A DNA stretch of 53,747 nt, filler included, from Catajapyx aquilonaris (Eukaryota): NCBI GenBank assembly GCA_000934665.2. It is 2 parts of 2 records of this genome, joined end to end, with 100 filler letters (N's around TTAATTAATTAA, not from the genome) between each part and the next. Parts side by side here need not be neighbours in the genome. Positions count along the whole stretch, not along the records: positions 1 to 26,963 come from JYFJ02005169.1; 1 more part is not named here. One strand, given 5' to 3'. A program made the position numbers and the translations under genes. Of this stretch, positions 12,001 to 22,958 are shown piece by piece; within the stretch, counting starts at the first letter, position 1; every line of letters starts with the position of its first letter. The notes beneath the pieces are model-generated. The model saw nothing but the letters and a program-made list of their open reading frames with translations. It did no database searches and was not told the DNA's origin.

Positions 12001-13800
12001 GGAAGCAAGTGGCTGGCAGACGAGGGGATTGACATTTTACATGGCCATTGAGCAGCATGGACGTCAATCCGATTGAGACAGACTGGAAAATCATTATGAA
12101 GATAGTTCAGAGGAAACACCCTTGCACCGAGGAATCCCTGAGGGCTAAACTATGGGAGGTTTGGGACACCATCACTCTAGCCGAGTAGTTGCAGAGCTCA
12201 TTCAACACATATCGTGTTGTGTGGAGGCCGTCATTGCTGCCCATGGCGATGTCACCTACTTCTAGGCGAACTTTGTGGCTCGTTTAGCGCTCTGGGCGAA
12301 CTCCATTGCCCCCGGAGCGCTAAATAAATACTGTCCTATTCGTCTTGTTCCACTGACAAATGCATTGTCTGATATCTCGCCCCAACATTGCTCTTCCATG
12401 AGGCTCATTAGCATATAAGTTGTATGATTAAAACATGATTCATTCTCAGGTTATTTGCATTCGTAACATCGACATGCAGGTGATTTTCATGCTAGGCGAA
12501 CTTCATTGGTGTTGGGCAAGTAGTGTTCAATTTTCAAGTGGCTACAGATGGTGCCATGAACCAATAATAATATTCTAAATCATGGTATTGGTGGATTAAC
12601 CCAAAATTGCAAATCACATATTCTGCCATTGTTATGTCCACCTTCCTATGATGGTGGAGCTTGTGCACTCTGATGACCCCAAGATGGTGGTAGCTTGGCC
12701 ACCAGTAGGGGCTGCAAAGCTGGACAGATCTTCATGGGGCCTGACTATAGCAATATTTTGAGAAAATTCTAATTTTTTTTCTAATGACAGAAAAGAGAGG
12801 ACACACAGAAACAATGCCACTGTTTGGAGGAACACCAGAGTTTTGCAGAAAGACTTAATTTTCTTTGGTACCATCTCTGAATGTGATACCCATCTTAAGG
12901 CTTGTCCAGACAAGAAAACTATTTCATGAGTTGGCCAGAGTAACTGACAGAGGAGTATGATTGTAGTGGGTGAGGAAGGAGTGGGAATTCAGCAGGCCTC
13001 ACCTGTTAAGAACAGCCCAAATTTTTCATCTTCTCTCACACAACCAAGGTAATACCTCAAGAATCCAAGGAAAAAGTTGCTTTGTTTTCAACTCTCCTCA
13101 GAAGCTAATGCACCAAGTAACCCACCAGAGAAAATCCATTGACTAAACCTGCCTGAATTGACCAGTGGACCAGTGGAAATCTGAAGATTTTGGACTGTTC
13201 TCAACATGCTGGGTCTGCTAAATGACCCAAAATTCTTACCCACTCACTATGTGCTCCGCCACCAGGTGTCTTGGGAAACTCGCGCAGAAGTTTTTCTGGA
13301 TATCTGACAAACCTTGACTAGCATTACAAAATAGGATGCCAGCTACCAATACCACAAAAACCAGGGGAAAACTTAGCATATTAAGTGCTTGAAAGACTGC
13401 AAATTTGCAATGCCCTGGCTCCTCCATCTCAGCACCAATGGCTTGTAATTATACTTTCCCATTTTAAATACCATTAAAAATCATACCATCCTAAGCAAAA
13501 CAGGAGCATCCTGCACCTTCCCTATCTGACAAAGATTCTTTGCATATTTTTGACCAAACAACAACTTTGTCCAACACATACAACAGAAGTGAAATTAATG
13601 CACTAGGTACCACTTGTCATCCAAATGGGTTAATGTCAAGTATGTCACATCCCAAACGTATTAAGAAAATATTATTTGTCTCGAATTTACAGCCAAGCGA
13701 GCTTGGCAATTAAAAGCATTCTCAAACCTCATAAACTGAGGCCTGGCTTAGTGCAAATGCTGAAATTATAATTCTGAGGACGAGAATAATGTGAACATAC

Positions 13801-14083
13801 CTGAGCACACAGGTGATGCCATATATGGACACATGTACCCAGATGAATTACCTAGGTGCACGGATCTATTTCGTCCACCATGAAAATGATCCGTGTGCTG
13901 ACAAGGCGGTGGCAAGGAAAGCTGTTCCAAAGTTTGACTGGAAGAGCCATCTACAGAAGGTGCAGGAGGAGGAGGAGCATCGCAGCTCGACGCTCTGAAG
14001 GCACTGCTAGATGTGCCTGGTGGAGAAGCCACTGCAACTTCATCCTCGTCTGTGTCCTGAGTCAAATCGACAACTTCTGCTTC
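13801..14083 (-). CDS. RNF111: Arkadia/RNF111-like coding exon 5 (SIM-like EVVDLTQDTDEDE)
   Basis: Phase-0 acceptor CTATTGTAG| and phase-1 donor CAG|GTATGT. VVDLT is the canonical SIM also found in vertebrate RNF111. Confidence 0.8.
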
Positions 14084-14158
14084 CTACAATAGATTGATAC
14101 ATAAAGGTGTCCCCTTAGCACTTAGAAGGGTGTCATTGACTGTAACATTGTTTCCCAC

Positions 14159-14283
14159 CTGCCCTCTCCTCTGTACTATAACCTCCACGTCGTCGTCATC
14201 ATCACTACTGCTCCCGAGACAATCCAGCTGCAAATCAGGGGCCTTTGGACCATCATCTGCTTTACGAACCCTCCGTCGCAAAC
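14159..14283 (-). CDS. RNF111: Arkadia/RNF111-like coding exon 4 (RRRVRK, APDLQLD, SIM-like DDDDDVEVIV)
   Basis: Phase-1 acceptor GGCCAG| and phase-0 donor CAG|GTGGGA; a 75-nt intron leads to the next exon. Confidence 0.78.
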
Positions 14284-15702
14284 CTGGCCAACATTAAGAA
14301 CATAATTAGCGGGATCAGCAATAATAATGACATGATACATAAAGCAAGCCTTACAAAACAGGTTTAAGCACTGAATCTAAAGCATTTATTTACCCATGCA
14401 ACTTTTTAAACATGATCCCCTGCCTAACTGACAGAAGGAAATCACCCTTAACAAACACTTCATCTTTCCCATGCTAACATTCACCAATAGGATGGCAGGC
14501 CCAGCCTTGTGCTTGTTAAATTGCAGTAGAATATATACTTAACATGGCAAATTGCTCATTTTTTCTTACATTAGGTTGGTCCGTAAAATGCATGGAAGGG
14601 TACCCTACAGGTAAAGACCTTTTACAAGCAGCACCAAATATTTATTTATTTTAATTATTTAATTTATCCCCAGTTTGTCCTAGTTTCAATTAATCATGAA
14701 GTACAACCCTTTCTTTATTCAACATGTTTAATCCTTCATTGCCAGTTGATACATGGAATATGAGCGCATCTCAGTTTTATGAACATGTATTAACTCACAC
14801 TGTCAGCAGAAAAACCAAGATCAACCAAAAAATTCCTTATACAGGCGACCATTTTCATGCATGTCTAATAAAACCTTGTGGATGCTCAAATTTTGATCCT
14901 AAAGGATGGGTGTATGAACACAAATAAGGAAATATGCACAGATTTTTCACATGCATAATTTTAAGATTTTCTCCTCATTTTGTGTTCATACAACCAGTGC
15001 TAAGTTGTATAACCTGGATATTATTTTTCCTGAACACCTCCGGATTTTGACTGCCTTTATCAGATGTATTTGTGTTTAAATTGGCAGGAAGACAAAACAA
15101 CCTGCTTAGCAGGCCTACACAATGGTGCACAAGGCCATATGAAATTATCCTTGGATAAAATTGTCACCAAAAAATAAAACGCGCCCCCTGCACCACAGCG
15201 CAGGTGGTCAGGAAGACACTGGCAAGGGGGTCAATTATTCATGTCCAAATGTCAAGAGATGTGGATACAAAGATGGAATATGCTCATTTCAGCTCTTGGG
15301 GATTGCCATACCTAGCAGGTCATACTTGTATTACTTGAACCACTGGGAAAATGGGCGAATAAACTTGAGGAGCGGCCAGGAAAATCTAAGACATTTTTAT
15401 TTCACCAGTAAATTTATCCTATATGTTCATGTCAAAATTTCAGCTTTAAATTTAAAATTCTTCCAAATTCCCTTCTCAAGATATGCAAATAGGCCTGAGA
15501 GAGAACACATTTCATATTCAAGCCTAATTTCTCCAATTAGAACAATAGGTGAAGCTTTTCAACTTGAGGTTAGTCCCTCCTTAGGCTGTATTAACTCATT
15601 GTGGTACTAATACCCAAATCTCTTTGACCAGCCAATTTAAAACCAGTAAAAACACGCCATCATCATTTGTAATGCACTACATACAATACATCAGCAACAT
15701 AC

Positions 15703-15801
15703 CCCGCTTTCCTCCTACATAAGAGCCTTCTCTGTTCACCTCTGAAAAGCCTCTGTCCATTACTCCAGATGAGCTGGAGGCACCAGCTTCATTTTCAGGC
15801 A
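15703..15801 (-). CDS. RNF111: Arkadia/RNF111-like coding exon 3 (LPENEAGASSSSGVMDRGFSEVNREGSYVGGKR)
   Basis: Acceptor TTTGTTTCAG|, donor G|GTATGT; 99 nt, phase 1 to 1, open frame; 70-nt intron upstream. Confidence 0.75.
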
Positions 15802-15871
15802 CTGAAACAAATACATTTTGCAAGTTGTTCTCCAAATCAAATGGCATAACATTTCAAATAAATTCACTTAC

Positions 15872-17038
15872 ATGGGAAGCTGCCACATTCAACCATCAGT
15901 TCCCCTTCCTCATCATCAGATGGAGGTTCCCACAGTATTGGTGCTGAATTTGGCCTGAGTATCAGTGCAGTGTATGGTAATGGTATCAGTGATGCTAAAG
16001 GATCTCGAGATGGTCCAGGCAGGGAAGATTGTGGAGTCGACCTGAGTGCCATGGCACGGCCTCCTGATGAGGTGCTAGTGTCACCAGATGATCCGGCTCG
16101 TGGACGGGACATCGGGGACCTAGTTGTTGTAGCTGCATTTTCCAAGTTGGTCTGTGTGCTCGAAGCGCAGCCATTCCGTCTATCTTGTTGAACCTCCATC
16201 GTGTTTGTATTATCATGACTACCATAAGGCAAGAAATGAAAGTCCGACTTTCCAGTCAGAACAGATGTCTTACGGGTACCCCTATCAGTTTTACCCAACC
16301 GAATTGATTCTCTCTTAGTGAGTGGGGTTCCCTTGCTGGTAGAAGGCTTTGCCCTAGACTTTGCTGGAGATGATGACAGGGTGTTACTAGAATGGCCACT
16401 GCTTGACATCTGACCATCAGAACTTGATGATACAGACACTCTGTCTGTGGAACTCCCTTCTTGGGCTGAAGACCAACGAAGCCTACAAGAACGCATCAAT
16501 ATTCGACGTGGCCTGGTCGAGACTTCCCCTGACACCCCAGCAGCACCTGCAGAGTCGACATATCCCGATCTTTGGGGTTCACTGCCATTTCTGTCCAGAG
16601 GCTGCAAATCTGAGATTGGGCCAGCATGCAAGGGGTCCAAAAAGCTCTTCTTCCTTTTTGCCATGGATTGAGGCAGGTCTCTGGAATAGCGTGGCACTTG
16701 CTCAATGCTCTCCAGTTCATCATGACTTTCACGATCAGCCTCTTCTGGGCTGGCCCGTGCCTCAACAGCTTGAATTTTCTGAGGTGGTGTCCAGTTACTT
16801 TCCTCATCATATTCAGTATATGTACATCCTTCTGGAGAAACAGTAGAATCTGGGGCCAGATCTTCTTCTGGACTGCTTGACAATATCTCATCCAAGATTT
16901 CCGACACAGCAATGCGGCCATGAGTCCTATGCCATTCTTGGCACTCGTCTTCCTCATCAGTGGCAACATCGTTGTCCTCATCTTCCGTCATTTGAATGTG
17001 CAGTTCAGGTTCCTCCAAAGAGTTGTAGAAGTTCATTC
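15872..17038 (-). CDS. RNF111: Arkadia/RNF111-like coding exon 2 (large acidic/Ser-rich disordered region)
   Basis: Coincides with the 390-aa ORF. Phase-1 acceptor CTTGTAG|GA ATG and phase-1 donor T|GTAAGT. Confidence 0.85.
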
Positions 17039-17154
17039 CTACAAGATGTGAAGAGATGTCATTATGCGGCTACTGAAGCAACGCTGTCCAATGCATCTAA
17101 TATCAACCATTAGGGTGGCATGTCATTTTTAAAATGTTGTCCAGATGTATAGTT

Positions 17155-17346
17155 TACACTCCAGACTTTATCTGGAGTGCAAATTACATACTTGGAGTCC
17201 TTAATTTTTTATTACTGGGTATTGTCATGTTTAAAAAAGCAGGACCAACTGGAGTGCAAACTTTTGACTCCAAGGCTCAGTTTGGAGTGCAGATGACAAT
17301 TTTGGAGTGCAAATTGCACCTTTGCATCCGAATAATTCGACCCCTG
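17155..17346. repeat. Cluster of TGGAGTGCA motifs ending in AATTCGACCCCTG, probable degraded DNA-transposon end
   Basis: About five (T)GGAGTGC/GGAGTCC copies plus inverted ACTCCA copies in 190 bp. Confidence 0.45.
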
Positions 17347-17804
17347 ACATGTTATGTTCCCATAAATCCCCAAAATTACTAAATACTGAAACATGCGTAT
17401 ATACTGTATAACACTCACTTCGACTTCCTCATAAAGCCTTGAGATTCCTAATAACTCAAACTCTCTTAGTAAGATATAATTGGATCAAGCAACTTGATAT
17501 GTTGCTAATGAATATGGACAATCAATTTATTATTGCAAATTTCGTAACAGAAAATGACAAGAATTGCCATGGAAGAACGCAATCCTAGCAGAAAAAATGT
17601 TAGATGTTGAAATAGCAAATTACAAACAGCTTAAACTTTTTGACGTCAAACCAGACGAAAATTATTTACTATGACAACTCTCTATAGGTACGAGGTTGGC
17701 GCCAAAATATACCAGAATATATCAATTCTTACAACATCGAGTACACGAAGAGTACAAAATAAACCAAATATCTACCCATTTACAAGCCGTTAGGCCTCTT
17801 AACC

Positions 17805-18530
17805 GGGCCGCACGATCACGACGATTTTTCCCACTCGCGGAGGCCAAGTTGGGCCGAGGGACGGGTGCAGCGTTGTGTTCGCACCGCCGGTGTGGCCGTC
17901 TCGCTGGAGGTGCGGACCTGAAATTGTCACAGCATGGCGAGGAAGAGCCAATTGAGCCTCCCGACCAAGGCTCGATCAATTCGGATAATAATTGCGCGAT
18001 CTAGAAGGGGAAGAGTTTTTCAAAAACGGGTCACGGCATCTTGGCTCAGGATGCGAATTTGGGAAGAATCTTGCTTCCTCACGATGGCCTTAGCCCTCCT
18101 CTTGCTACTCCTCCAAAGCGCGATTTTTTGGGCCGGTGGTTTTTGCACAAGTAGACAAATCCCGTCACCCCCGCTACAAGGAAAATAGCCGGGAGAACTC
18201 GCTGATGAAGAGCGGTTGGTAGTGCATCCGAGCCGCCGAGCCCCCCCCCCCCCCCCCCCCCCCNCTCAACCCTACTCTCCACTTGCTGCAGGGGGAACCG
18301 GATTGGGATGGTTTTTGGGCTAAAAGGGTAGGGTGATGCCTGGTGTTCTGCGTAATCGTGGAATGCATACCATAGAGAATATCACTGAATATGACTTATA
18401 CATTATTTTCCCCGGCAAATGCATTGAAGCGCTGGCCAATGGACGGAACAAATCTACTTGCTTCTTGCGGAAGCGAATCACTGCTATTTTTACTATTTCT
18501 TTCCATTTTTGTTGTTGTTGTTGGTGGTGG

Positions 18531-18584
<54 letters not shown>

Positions 18585-19736
18585 CGTTAATGATGATGAT
18601 GATGATGATGCTAATAATGCGGTCACTCTCATCGTACGCGTGGGACCAATTTTTCTGACGCATATGCAACCAAACTTGTCAATCGAGTTCAATAATCCTT
18701 ATACCCCGGGGGTAGGTAAGTTGGGGGTCCTCCTGCTAATTGCTCCCTTTCTCTGCATAGGCCCATGACCTCGTGCACTTGGATGACATCTGGGAAGGTC
18801 CACACATCGCCCTGGAGGGCCGAAGGGTGGAGCACTTGAGGCGACAGGAGGACCCCCAACTTACCTACCCCCGGGGTGTAAGGATTATTGAACTCGATTG
18901 ACAAGTTTGGTTGCATATGCGTCAGAAAAATTGGTCCCACGCTTACGAGGAGAGTGACCGCATTATTAGCATCATCATCATCATCATCGATCATAATAAT
19001 AATAATAATAATACCACCACCACCACCTCCAACAAAAATGGAAAGAAATAGTAAAAATAGCAGTGATTCGCTTCCGCAAGAAGCAAGTCGATATGTTCCG
19101 TCCATTGGCCAGCGCTTCAATGCATTTGCCGGGGAAAATAATGTCATATTCAGTGATATTCTCTATGGTATGCATTCCACGATTACGCTGAACACCAGGC
19201 ATCGTCCATACCCTTTTAGCCCTAAAACCATCCCAATCCAGTTCCCCCCTGCAGAAAGTAGAGAGTAGGGTTGAGGTGGGGGGGGGGNGGGGGCCGGGGG
19301 GCTCGGTGGCTCGGATGCACTACCAACCGCTCTTCATCAGCGAGTTCTCCCGGCTATTTTCCTTGTTGCGGGGGTGATGGGATTTGTCTACTTGCGCAAA
19401 AACCACTGGCCCAAAAAATCGCGCTTTGGAGGAGTAGCAAGAGGAGGGCTAAGGCCATCGTGAGACGTCGAGATTCTTCCCAAATTCGCATCCTGGGCCA
19501 AGATGCTGTGACCTGTTTTTAAAAAACTCTTCCCCTTCTAGATCGCGCAATTATTATCCGAATTGATCGAGCCTTGGTCGGGAGGCTCAATTGGCTCTTC
19601 CTCGCCATGCTGTGACAATTTCAGGTCCGCACCTCTAGCGAGACGGCCACACCGGCAGTGCGAACACAACGCTGCACCCGTCCCTCGGCCCAACTTGGCC
19701 TCCGCGAGAGGGAAAAATCGTCGTGATCGTGCGCCC
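17805..19736. mobile_element. 1.93 kb foldback element with ~0.9 kb arms, unclassified non-autonomous DNA transposon
   Basis: TTAACC|GGGCCGCACGATCACGACG ... CGTCGTGATCGTGCGCCC|TTAACC. The arms are 17805-18735 and 18845-19736, with a ~110 bp spacer, and carry mirrored poly-C/G and (TTA)n/(GAT)n tracts of unequal length. Confidence 0.9.
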
Positions 19737-19740
19737 TTAA

Positions 19741-20468
19741 CCCTAATTAGAAGGGCAGTTTTTTCACGTTTTTGCAAGAATCTGCAAAATAATCGCTTAC
19801 GTTGTCATTTGAGGGACCACACATAACTAATCTAGTGAGTAACAGCGTGTAGTGTCTAGGGGACCCTCTTGCCATACCATGCAGAGATTTAACTTCTTAA
19901 AAAGTCTCAACAGATCCCGCAGGGGTGCGTTTCGTGCCTAGGTATTTTTTTCTCCAATTTTTGTCACTCCTGTGCTGACATGAAGTATATAATTATGTAC
20001 GTTGCCCTGGTGCTGCTGAACGAACAAGTATGCATGAATAATACGTCACAGGACAGGCATCCCAGCTACAGAGACAAACATACACCCCCCACCCGAGTGG
20101 AAACCTGCCTTGCTCCACAGCTGTTCAAAAGCCCTGCGAAGGCCAGGTGGGAGTTGCGCTGTGGCCCGCCAGCTTGAGGAGGCTTGGGGGCAACTCTGTA
20201 TGCCAAAATTTGCCGGCCAACATCGTAATTTTTAGGGAGGGGGGAGTTTTTTTTCATCTGCTGCAAAAAGATGATGTCATTCAAGTTAATCTGGTTAATC
20301 TGGTTCATTTATGCAAGATGTTGGAGTCCAAAATTAATGATTTTTTAAGCGAGAGAAAATAAAAAAAGCCACACGAACCATGTTACATAGTAGGAAAACG
20401 CTATAGTTTCACCAGCAGAATTTTTTAAAGCCAGCGTATAAGCATATGATACTCCCGTCTTATTAGGG
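19741..20468. mobile_element. piggyBac-like MITE
   Basis: TTAA|CCCTAATTAGAAGGG ... CCCGTCTTATTAGGG|TTAA, with a 13/15 TIR match and TTAA TSD. Confidence 0.75.
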
Positions 20469-20505
20469 TTAAACTAAAAAGTAAAAGTATTGCATTCAAC
20501 TTAAT

Positions 20506-20725
20506 CTAAGGTGGGTTCATGATGGGATGCCCAATGGAATGTCGGTATTGTCCTTGCAGTTTTCTTCTGCCTCTTGTTAACATTGGGGATTCACATAGGA
20601 TGTGGTACCAATTGTCCAAGCTAGTACAGTTGCAGACGAGGTTACAATTTTCATCAGGGTCGATTGTATGACTTCTTATAATATGTCCTAGCTGGGTGTG
20701 CATTCAGAATTGAACCTAAGACATT
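20506..20725 (-). pseudogene. Degraded 3' fragment of a non-LTR retrotransposon ORF2 (CCHC-like region)
   Basis: Translation ...CNLVCNCTSLDNWYHILCESPMLTRGR resembles the C-terminal zinc-knuckle region of LINE ORF2. It is short and frameshifted. Confidence 0.4.
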
Positions 20726-20910
20726 CCATGACTCTGCTTAATCAAATCAAATTTTATTACTCCCACAAAGAGAACCTGTGTTCTATAGTATGGGGGAGCA
20801 TTCTGCTTAAGACTCCGGCCGCCGCAGAGTGTGAGATTTCAGCAATCCAGCGGGATTTTATTCCTGTGTGAAAAACTATGGGTGGGTCATTCCAGGTGAG
20901 ATCAGATAAA

Positions 20911-22285
20911 ATAATTCATACCCCGTTATCAGCCTATCGGCTCTTTAGGGGGGGAAGTTTTGTTTTGCCTGGAACTCTTTGCTTTCATTTTACTGCGCTT
21001 TTTGGGATAGGATAGGGACGGAAGGAAGCAGCTGTGGCCTATTAAGGTGGTTGGGTAGTTATGGCCACATCCTAAGAAGTTCATGAAAATTGCCCGATGT
21101 ACAGAAAAAAGTGTGCTCTTTAAAATAAACCCATAAAAAAGGGTACTTACCGGTCAATTTATTGAACCACTGACACCTAAACATAGCTAATTTTATCATT
21201 GGCCTTATGGAAAAACGGCCAGAAACAGCAAAAAAAGGCCAAAAATCTTACTTTAAAATCCTATCATATTTACATAAAACTATTCTCTTGAAAGCTTGAA
21301 CTGTGTAGAGTTAATTAGCCGCATAAAATCGCTATGTTACCGGCTCCATTCAACAGTAATTATCAATTAACTGGACGTAGTGCGGTAGTGTGATGTACAA
21401 AGCGGCAACGCCCCGTCGGCAGAGGGGGTGTCGTATCGATACGCAGATTATCGATATGCGTTAATAATATTCATCGATTCTAAGAGCGCACATTAACATT
21501 ATTTATTTGAGAATAATTTATAAAATTACATGTGTATTGGGTACTAAATGTCATGATTACTACATGTAAATTCATAGCCAATCCTAATTATAAGATTTTA
21601 ATTAGCCCGCTGCCGAAAATGGTGGTCGGCAGCGCCACCACAGACTCTAGCGAGTGTTTTGTCAATTAGAATGTGACGTCACGTCGTGACGTAGGGTAGA
21701 CTCAACAGTGGGAGGGATTGCGCTGTTGCCGGACCTCACCACCAACTAGCCAACTAGGCACAAAAAGGTGCCGCAAAGCAACGCTAATAATGTCGAATAT
21801 TGTTAAAGTATGACTTTGGCCCTGGGCATATTTGTTGTATTCGGTTCGTACCTTCCATTGCGTGTCCATTTCGTGATGCTAAGGCCATATTAAGGCCTTT
21901 TTAGATCATGTCAAACATAACGGCCACAGGGTAATCAAGGTTGGCAAGTCTGCTAGCAGGTCCCTGAACCATGACGCTTTCTATGCCAAAAAAAAATATA
22001 TTTTGCAGTGTATACCTAAAAATCAGTGCAGTTTCCGACATTATAAGTAGGCGTGTATGTAGGGAGCCCTTGTTCCGAATTTTAAGTTCAACTTGTGGAA
22101 TGGTTTTTACAGGCTCTGATTTGACTTAAGATTCACTACCCAACCACCTTAATTACGGAAGCAACTCCGGAATTTTCCTGGAAGGACCGTGGGAAACCAC
22201 GGTCAGAGTTGCCGGCCCCGGGATTCGAACCCAGGACCTCCCGATTAGCAGTCAGACGCCTTATCCACTATGCCAACCTGCTTCA
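20911..22285 (-). mobile_element. tRNA-derived SINE (family A), split by a TTAA-specific insertion
   Basis: Reverse-complement match to 4907-5193 in two halves (about 20915-21045 and 22153-22285). B box GGTTCGAATCCC; TSD GTGAGATCAGATAAAATAA at 20896 and 22286. Confidence 0.88.
21046..22148. mobile_element. Kolobok-like non-autonomous element
   Basis: TTAA|GGTGGTTGGGTAGT ... ACTACCCAACCACC|TTAA: a perfect 14-bp TIR, TTAA TSD and RR/YY termini (piggyBac has CC/GG). The empty site is visible in the other SINE copy. Confidence 0.8.
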
Positions 22286-22958
22286 GTGAGATCAGATAAA
22301 ATAAAATCAGATGTCCTGCATTTTTTACAAATTTTGAAATTTAGCATACAGAAACGTTATGTTAACATGTGATTGTGTGAATTTTTTTCAACCCGCTAGC
22401 ATCCATAGGTCACGAGAAATGACCCAGTGAAAATTTGCATGTGCTAAAATTTGATCATCACGTCAACCGCCATATTTGGGCAACTATTGGCACCACTGAC
22501 ATTGTTGAAGAGAATTTCAATTCTGGCAGGTGCCCAATATTCCTGTACCAAAAATGAATTTTTATGCAAAATGTGACCTCACAAAAATATACGAAAAATA
22601 TCACATGATCTGATTGATCACCCATCCGTGCTCTGTAAGTTCCGAAAAATTTCGATTTTGTGTCGCTGGTGGTTACGGAGATAAAAATTAAGTAGGAGGA
22701 GGAAGTTGATATTTTCATTACATAAGCTTTCAGTATTTCAGCATTCATGAACATAATAAACATTTTAAAAATGAATATACCTTTATTGTGGTACAGTACC
22801 CTGCATTAATGGCTATGCACAGATATCGCCACCTGTCCAAGAACGAGCGGAATTAGGCATCGGTGGGCTGCGTCCAAAAGACTTAGACAGCTCAAGATAT
22901 CGCGGTAGATTCAAATCATGGTCATAGAATACTGAGGTCTGGACACTCCCACCTACCC

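Larger units (their letters stand above)
9468..12265 (+). pseudogene. Tc1 (DD34E-type) transposase pseudogene interrupted by a palindromic element
   Basis: Remnant motifs MGKK, MVWGCM, FQQD..SSH, DVNPIE..W and EAVIAAHGDVTYF*, with many frameshifts. An insertion at 10339-12000 falls just after the second catalytic Asp motif. Confidence 0.85.
9177..12525 (+). mobile_element. Decayed Tc1-like element with ~260 bp IR/DR-type TIRs
   Basis: 9177-9434 is inverted relative to 12264-12525, and each TIR has three GTTCGCC cores. The TA TSD is degraded. Confidence 0.88.
20884..22780. mobile_element. Truncated GGGTCATTCCA-terminus (Sola2-like) element hosting a SINE
   Basis: It starts with GGGTCATTCCAGGTGA, like the 10339 element, and resumes after the SINE at 22286. 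The right terminus was not found, so the end coordinate is approximate. Confidence 0.45.

Noticed and set aside
18333..19268. Poly-Ile/Tyr/Leu ORFs resembling membrane proteins
   Set aside because: Translations of (TTA)n and (GAT)n microsatellites in the foldback arms.
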